Assembly: GCF_009914755.1 (NCBI RefSeq)
Contig: NC_060932.1
Direction: 5' to 3' (one strand)
DNA length: 64,000 bases
Source of the DNA: the human T2T-CHM13v2.0 reference genome, Homo sapiens
This document shows positions 57,290 through 64,000 of this stretch, one piece after another; the first letter of the stretch is position 1, and each line of letters starts with the position of its first letter. The notes beneath the pieces were generated by a model. It was not told the DNA's origin. It did not search any database and saw nothing but the letters and a program-made list of their open reading frames with translations. Position numbers and translations under genes: made by a program.

Positions 57290-57470
57290 GCTCCAACATG
57301 CTGGGCACCGGGCTTAGCTGCAGCTAATTACGCGTGCGCTCTGACCGGGCGGCCCACAGCGGCTCTGCAGGCTCAGCGGGGCGAGCGCAGGAGGCGCGGG
57401 CCCGACACGCGTGTTTAGACCTGCGAGGCTGTCGGGGGTGCGCCTGGGACTGAGCTGGGCTCGTCTTCAT
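57290..57470. promoter_or_regulatory. Small CpG-rich element (mini CpG island; candidate promoter/enhancer)
   Basis: Dense CpGs in non-Alu sequence (cgcgtgcgc, gcggggcgagcgc, ggcgcgggcccgacacgcg). CpGs persist in the flanks to ~57820. Confidence 0.55.
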
Positions 57471-59731
57471 TTCCCTCAACTCCCAAAGCCCTGCTTGACA
57501 CCCAGAGATGCTTCATCAGGATATGAAAGTATTCCACTTCTCCTAGAGAGCTATGGGAAATGTTATTAGCGATTTTTTAGGTCTCAGAATTCTGACACAA
57601 GCCAACCGTAAGGGTAACATTTTTGTCAGATGGTCCTCGGGTTACCTCCGGGGATGATTTTTGCAGGATGACGGATTTGAACGAGCGTGTTGCCTCTTGT
57701 TCTAGTCTTCAGCCTGCGTTCTCGCCTGCTGTATTTTCTGACAACTTATTCCCCTTTTGTAGGATCTGTAAGTCTGCCTGGGCGAAATTCCCGCAACTTA
57801 TACTCAATTCTCAGAAACGGTAAATTTCCTAACCCTGTGAACTGACTGCTAAAGGAGGGTAAGAAATGTTTTCCCAAGCTGATCCAGAGATGAGGACCCT
57901 GAAGCTGAGGAAGTACAGCATCCGGGTCCTTCTGCTGAAAGTGAGGCTCTCCCAAGGCTCCTAACTTAACTTTGTGTGTATAACACTATATTTTCATTTT
58001 CGAAAAATGTGCAGTCTCTAAAACTGTACAAGCTGAGGGTCCTTCAGAATCTGTGTCTGCCACTGTGTTGATCATTAGGGTACAACCTCTTCTCAACAGA
58101 GTCAAGACTTCAGTGTGAGAGTCTCACTGACAGTAAAACAGACACTTGAAAAGAGTGGCAATACATAAATAATATGCTCAGCATGATCTTTAAAAGATAA
58201 TCATTAGTTTAATATACTTTTTTATTTTAGAAGAGTTTAAATTTATAGAAAAGTTGCCAAGAGAGCACGGATGATGCCTGCATCCCCTGCACCCAGCTTC
58301 TCCTATTGGTCACATCTGTCACAATGGATAATCCAACACCTACATATTACTCACTGAAAATTGATACTTGGTTTAGATCTCCTTAGTTTCACGTCTCTTT
58401 TCTATCCTGGCATCCCATCTGGAACCCCACGTTGCATTCACTTGCCTTGTCTTTGAGGCTGCTCTTCACTGATGGTTTCTCAGACTTCCCTTGTTAGATG
58501 ACATTGGCAGTTTTGAGGACTGTTTTTCTCATGATTAGACTGGTGTTATGGATCTTGGGGGCAGAGAGCTTGGAGGTAAAGTACCATTCTCATCACATCA
58601 TATCAAGGGCACATATTCTCAACATGACATCACTTCTGATGTTAACCTTGATCACCTGGCTGAGGAAGTGTTTGCCAGGTTTCTCCATTGCAAAGTTACT
58701 TCCCCCAGCTTTTCCATGCTGTACTCTTTGGAGGGAAGTCCCTCTGTGCAGCCACACTTAACACGTGGGGAGTTATGCCCACCTGTGTAAGGAGTCGGTA
58801 TCTACATAAATTACTTAGAATTCTTTTGTATTAGAGATCTGTCTATCGTTTTCCATGTATTTATATAGTCAATCCTTGATTTGTATCATTAGGGAATCAT
58901 GGATATTTGCTTTACATTTGGGGGTATTTATTTTGTTGCTCAAATTGCTCTGACGTTTGGGAGCTCTTTCTGTTAGTGCTGGTATCCCCCTGTCATAGTC
59001 CATCACTGTGGGTTTTTTGTTGTTGTTTTTTGTACTTCCTGACCTTCTGGCAACACAAGGTGTTCCTGGCTTATACTGTGTATTTCTTACCTCACACCTA
59101 GAATCAGCCATCTCCCCAAAGAACTCTGGTTTCTTTTATTGGAGAACAGCATTTAAAACCAAGGTCTGGTTGCTAGGTGTGCACGGTGCTAGTGGGATGT
59201 CATTGCTTCTAAACTCTCTCAGTTACAGAGTAAGGAAATATGGGCGTATATGCTAACATATTTAAACACCTATGTATAAATATTTCTATATGAAACAACC
59301 TGCATCTATATTAAGCTAAATATGAGTTCATATTGATGTCTCCAACTCTCACCATTACCATGTAGAACATACTGCCTTCCCCTTTGCTTGTCTATAGCCT
59401 CTTGACCCTGCAGTTTGGAACCTACTCCTACCATCTGCCATCCATTTACTTAATTGTCCAGTGTACATGAACAGCAACATTAGAATTGTTAACCCTTGCT
59501 CACATGGGAGGCAGCCTTAACAGCTAGAGTATAGTCTATAGACAGTTTCTTCTACCTTTAGTCTTATAGTCCCCATTCATTTCTAAAGTAACTTAGGTGA
59601 CCACCACTTTTTCCTCCAACCGTTTCACTGATGAACCTCAATGAAATTGCTTTGTAGATGTATCAAGTAGTTAGATTCTACATTTCATCCTGGGAGCCCC
59701 AGATCTCCTAAAAATGTTTTTAAAGAATTGC

Positions 59732-60034
59732 GGCCGGGTGCAGTGGCTTATGCCTGTAATCCCAGCACTTTGGGAGGCCGAGGCGGGTGGATCACGAAGT
59801 CAAGAGATAGAGACCATCCTGGCCAACATGGTGAAACCCAGTCTCTACTAAAAATACAAAAAATTAGCTGGGCATGGTGGCAGGTGCCTGTGATCCCAGC
59901 TACTTGGGAGGTTGAGGCAGGAGAGTTGCTTGAACTTGAACTTGGGATGCAGAGGTTGCAGTGAGCCAAGATTGTGCCATTGCACACTCCAGCCTGGGCA
60001 AAGAGTGAAACTCTGTCTCAAAAAAAGAAAAAAA
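59732..60034 (+). mobile_element. AluSc-like
   Basis: Full Alu with an internal cttgaa duplication. TSD aaagaattgc. Confidence 0.96.
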
Positions 60035-60260
60035 AAAGAATTGCATACATGAATGTTCACTCTGTGCTCTAAACTTCCATGATTTTGAAAAATGAGTAGG
60101 GCCATTGAGCCAACACTTACAGTATCACACAGAATACTCTTTCCACCTAAAAATATTCCTGTACTTTACCTTCCAACACCCACCCCAATCCTCTGCAAAC
60201 CACCTGAAACCACTAATTTGTTTTTCCAATCTATACGGTTGCCTTTTCCACAATGTCAGG

Positions 60261-60627
60261 TTTATTAGTCTGTTTTCATGCTGCTGATAAAGACATATAG
60301 CAGATTGTATAATTTTTACAGAAAAAGAGGTTTAATGGACCCACAGTTCCACGTAACTGGAGAGGCCTCACAATTGTGGCGGAGGGCAAAAGGCACATCT
60401 TACATGGCAACAGACACGAGAGAAAAATGAGAGCATAGTGAAAGAGTTTTCCCCTTATAAAACCATCAGATCTCGTGAGACTTATTCACTATCATGAGAA
60501 TAGTATGGGGAAAATTGCTTACATGATTCAATTATCTCCCAGTGGGTCCCTCCCACAACGTGTGTGGGAATTACGGGAGCTACAATTCAGGATGAGATTT
60601 AGGTGGGAACACAGCCAAACTATATCA
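60261..60627 (-). mobile_element. THE1C-like MaLR solo LTR
   Basis: 'ttagtctgttttcatgctgctgataaagacata' ... 'ccccttataaaaccatcagatctcgtgagacttattcac' ... 'cacagccaaactatatca'. 5-bp TSD tcagg/tccgg. Confidence 0.93.
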
Positions 60628-63109
60628 TCCGGTAAATGGAATCATGAAGCATTTTCAGACTGGCTTTTTTCAGTCAGTAATGTGCACTTAAGTTTCACTA
60701 GTGTTGTTTGTTGTGGGGATTGATATTCACTTCTTTTCATCAATGAATACTATTCCATTGGGTGTTTGTACTACAATTTATCCATTCACCTGCTAAAGAA
60801 CATCTTAGTTGCTTCCAATTTTTGACAATTATGGATAAAGCTTCTAAAACATGTGTGCACACATTTTTGGAGGGTGAACAGAAGCATAATTGCTAGATTG
60901 GGTAATAAGACTGTTTAATTTACAAGAAACTGCCAAACTGTCTTTTATAGTGGCTGTATCATTTGCATTCCCACCAGTAATTAATTGAAGTTTTTTTTGG
61001 TCCACATCCTCACCAAAAATTGGTATTGTTAGTCTTTTTTGTGTTTAGAACATTTTATTATGTGTGTGGTGATTGTTGCTTTAATTTGCATTTCCCAAGT
61101 GAAAGATGATGTTGAATAGCTTTTCGATATTTATTTGTCATCTGAATATCTTCTTTGGTGAAATGTTCAGTTCTTTTGCCCATTTTAAAACTGGGGTTTT
61201 CATTTACTTATTGATGAGTTTTAAGAGTTCTTTGTATACTTTGGATACAAGTCCTTTATCAAATATGTATTTTGAAAATATTTTCTCCGAGTCTGTGGCT
61301 TTACTTGTTATTCTCTTAACAGTGCTTTTCACAAGGGAAAGGCTTTAAATGCTGATGAGGTCCAGCTTATTAGTTTTTTTTCTTTTATGAATCAACTTGC
61401 AGCTCTATTAGTTTTTGTTTCATATAATGTGAAACTCTGTTACTAAGTCCACAAATAATTAGGACTATAATGTTCTCTTGATGAAGTGAATACCTTAAAA
61501 ACTTCATTTTATCATTTCTTGTAGTGTAAATCCGCTGGCGATGAATTATTTCAGCTTTTGTAAGTCTTAAAACATCTTTATTTCACCTTCATCTTTGAAA
61601 GTTTTTATTTTTTTTCCTTTTCTGGGTGTAGGATTCTATATTAGCAGTTTTTTGTTTCAGTATTTTAAAGATGTCATTCCACTGTCTTCTTGCTTGTATT
61701 GCTTCTAGCGAGAAGCCTGCTATCATACTTATCTTTGCTCCTTTATAAAATGTTTCTCTTTTTCTCTGGCTGCTTTAAAGAATTTTCTCTTTATCAGTGA
61801 TTTTGAGCAATTTGATGATAATATGTCTTGCTCTAGTTTCTTCATTTTTTGCCTTGAGTTTTGTTGTGCTTCTTGAATCTGCATGTAAATTTATAGTTTT
61901 CATTAAATCTGGATTTTTTTCCAGATATTTCTTCAAATACTTTTTCTATTCTATCACCTTCTCTTAGAACTCCACTTACTTACAGGTGAACCTTTTGAAG
62001 TTGTCCCACAGCTCAGTGATGCTCTGTTAACTATTTTAAAACTCTTTTCCCTCAGTTTTGTTTTGAATAGTTTCTATTCCCGTTTTCAAGTTCATTAATA
62101 TTTTCTTCAACAATGTCTGTCCTGCCATTAATCCTATTGAGTACATTTTTATCTCAGACATTGTAGTTTTCATGTCTAGAAATTTAATTTGGGTCTTTTA
62201 AAATATCTTCCATATCTCCACTTAACTTTTTGAGCATACGGAATATGGTTATTGTAACTGTTTTAGTGTCCTTGTTAGCTAATTTTAACATATATGTCAG
62301 TTGTTGGTTTTGATTTATTGATTTTGCTCATCATTTTAGATTTTTCCTGCTTCTTTGTGTGACTGACAATTTTTAATTAGATGCCAGACATTGTGAATTT
62401 TATCTTGTTGGAGACTGGATATTTTAAACTCCTATAATATTCTGAGCTTTGTTCTTCAATGCAGTTGAATTACTTGGAAACAGTTTGATTCCTTTGGGTA
62501 TTGCTTTTAAGTTTTAGGTGGGGCCAGATAGTGCTCAATTTAGGGATAATTGTTTCCTACTATGGAATTAATACCATTTTGAGTACTTGGTCCAATTCCT
62601 GGTGAGTTGTGGTTTTTTCCATTCTGGCTGGTGGGGACAGACACTATTCCCAGCCCATGTGGGAGTAGGGTACTCTTACCTCTGTTCCTTTCAGAGGGCA
62701 TTTTGCCCAGCCATGCTGCACTGATCAGTCCTCAATTAAACACATGAGCGAGACCGTCTGTGTATTTCTTTAGTTCCCTCTCCTCTCCAGCTCTGCCAAT
62801 GCTAGCCTTCTTGGTCTACGCAAAATCTCAGCTTCCTCTTCTCAACTCAGGTGTCTGCCGGCTCTCTGCCTGGGTTTCCCCTTTACATGTTGTGGCCAGA
62901 ACTCTCTCAAGGCAGTCAGCTGGGCAGTATCAGCGCTCCCCTGGTTTGTTCCCTGTCCCTCAGGGGCTAACGTTCTTTGTTGTCTGATGTGTCTTAGAAT
63001 TTTTCTTTCACATGTTTTGTGTGGATTTTTGCTGTTTCAGCCACGAGGGTAAATCGGCCTGTTATTCCCTCTTGGTTGGAAGCAGAAGTCCTGGGCAATG
63101 TTCTATTTG

Positions 63110-63300
63110 CCTTACCTGCATTGTTTTACTTAATCCTTATGACAATTTTATAAGATAAGAATTATTGTTATACTCAGTTTTTAGCAGAGAAAACTGATGT
63201 CCAGATAGGCTAAATAGTTTTCCCTTGGACCCACAGCTAATAAGGAGGGGATTCAGTATTTGCTCCCTGTGACATACAGTTCTGGAGCTTGCAAGATTGG
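63110..63300 (-). mobile_element. MIR fragment
   Basis: 'ttaatccttatgacaatttt...gagaaaactgatgtccagataggctaaatag...ccacagctaataag'. Confidence 0.7.
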
Positions 63301-63699
63301 TGACCATTTTAGAGATGGCTTAGATTAACTTCCATAAGAACATTTTATAATTGCTTTCATCATTGTTTAAAAAATGGCCTAATGCTGTTATCAAAATTTG
63401 GGAAAATAAATAATCTTGGTTTCTGAAATTTCCACTGCTATGATAAAAATGATATTTCATTGATGTAATTGATAATGCTTTAAAGAAAGGGCTTTAGAAC
63501 ACTCAGGTAGTTGGCACTTTCTAACAGGGACTTACACAAAATTTGACTTTTTAAATTTTTAAGTTCTAAACAGAGACTTCAGTCAGAGTATTATATTTAG
63601 ATGAATGTGGAAAGAAATTATCTGGTAACCAGGTTAAAAAACAATCTCTTATATCATGGGTTTAGAGGCCCACATTCAGAGGGGATAAAAACAAAAAAG

Positions 63700-64000
63700 C
63701 ACTTTCTTTTCCGTGCTAGACAGAGTGATTTTAAGTGAAATCTGAACAAGGAGAGGAGTGACCCCTGGGAAGAATGCTTGCAGCAGAGAGAAGAGCCTGT
63801 GCAGAGGTCTGGAGCTTGGAGTGGCCAGGGAGGCTGGACCCCAGACCATCAGAAGGGTTCTGGGATGTGACACTGAAGGTGCTGGGTGGCCACACGGGGC
63901 TCTAGGGGGATGGTCAGGGCAAGGCCTTTATTCTAATAGCAATGCCAGGCCATGGAAGTCGAAGGGCATTTCATAATCTATGGCCTTTCACGTTTAATGA
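63700..64000 (-). mobile_element. L2 fragment
   Basis: 'tttaagtgaaatctgaa', 'agcagagagaagagcctgtgcagaggtctggag', 'ggccagggaggctgga'. Confidence 0.65.

Larger units (their letters stand above)
58215..63090 (-). mobile_element. L1MC/L1MD-type element with 3'UTR and 5' end but lacking most of ORF2; contains AluSc and THE1C
   Basis: 3'UTR motifs at 58215-59700 and ORF2 C-terminus to ~61400. ORF1/5'UTR-like sequence at 61500-63090 ends in rc 'gacttctgcttccaaccaagag'. Confidence 0.8.

Overview
Primate, most likely human, nuclear DNA that looks intronic or intergenic. It is dominated by interspersed repeats. These include 19 Alu insertions (J/S/Y types, most with visible target-site duplications), a ~7 kb near full-length ancient L1MC1-type element on +, four L1MC/L1MD-type elements on -, MaLR solo LTRs (MLT1, MST, THE1), hAT-type MER3/MER5/MER33 DNA transposons, and many MIR/L2 relics. 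I could not support any protein-coding exon, structural RNA gene or CRISPR array, and I cannot name the locus. The ORF track is explained by repeats, microsatellites and chance. The most interesting signals are structural: (1) a 111-bp unique segment copied into the centre of a quasi-palindromic (TG/TA/CA) microsatellite, with asymmetric CpG decay; (2) a ~400-bp tract shared at unusually high identity between two old L1 copies (possible gene conversion); (3) an A/B alternating ~80-bp monomer array in the L1 5'UTR; (4) a tandem duplication of an Alu tail plus flank; (5) an L2-derived hairpin; and (6) candidate non-coding exons and enhancer/CpG elements. I see no convincing evidence of a novel biological system. 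Subfamily names come from recalled consensus sequences and identities were counted by eye, so both need RepeatMasker/alignment confirmation.
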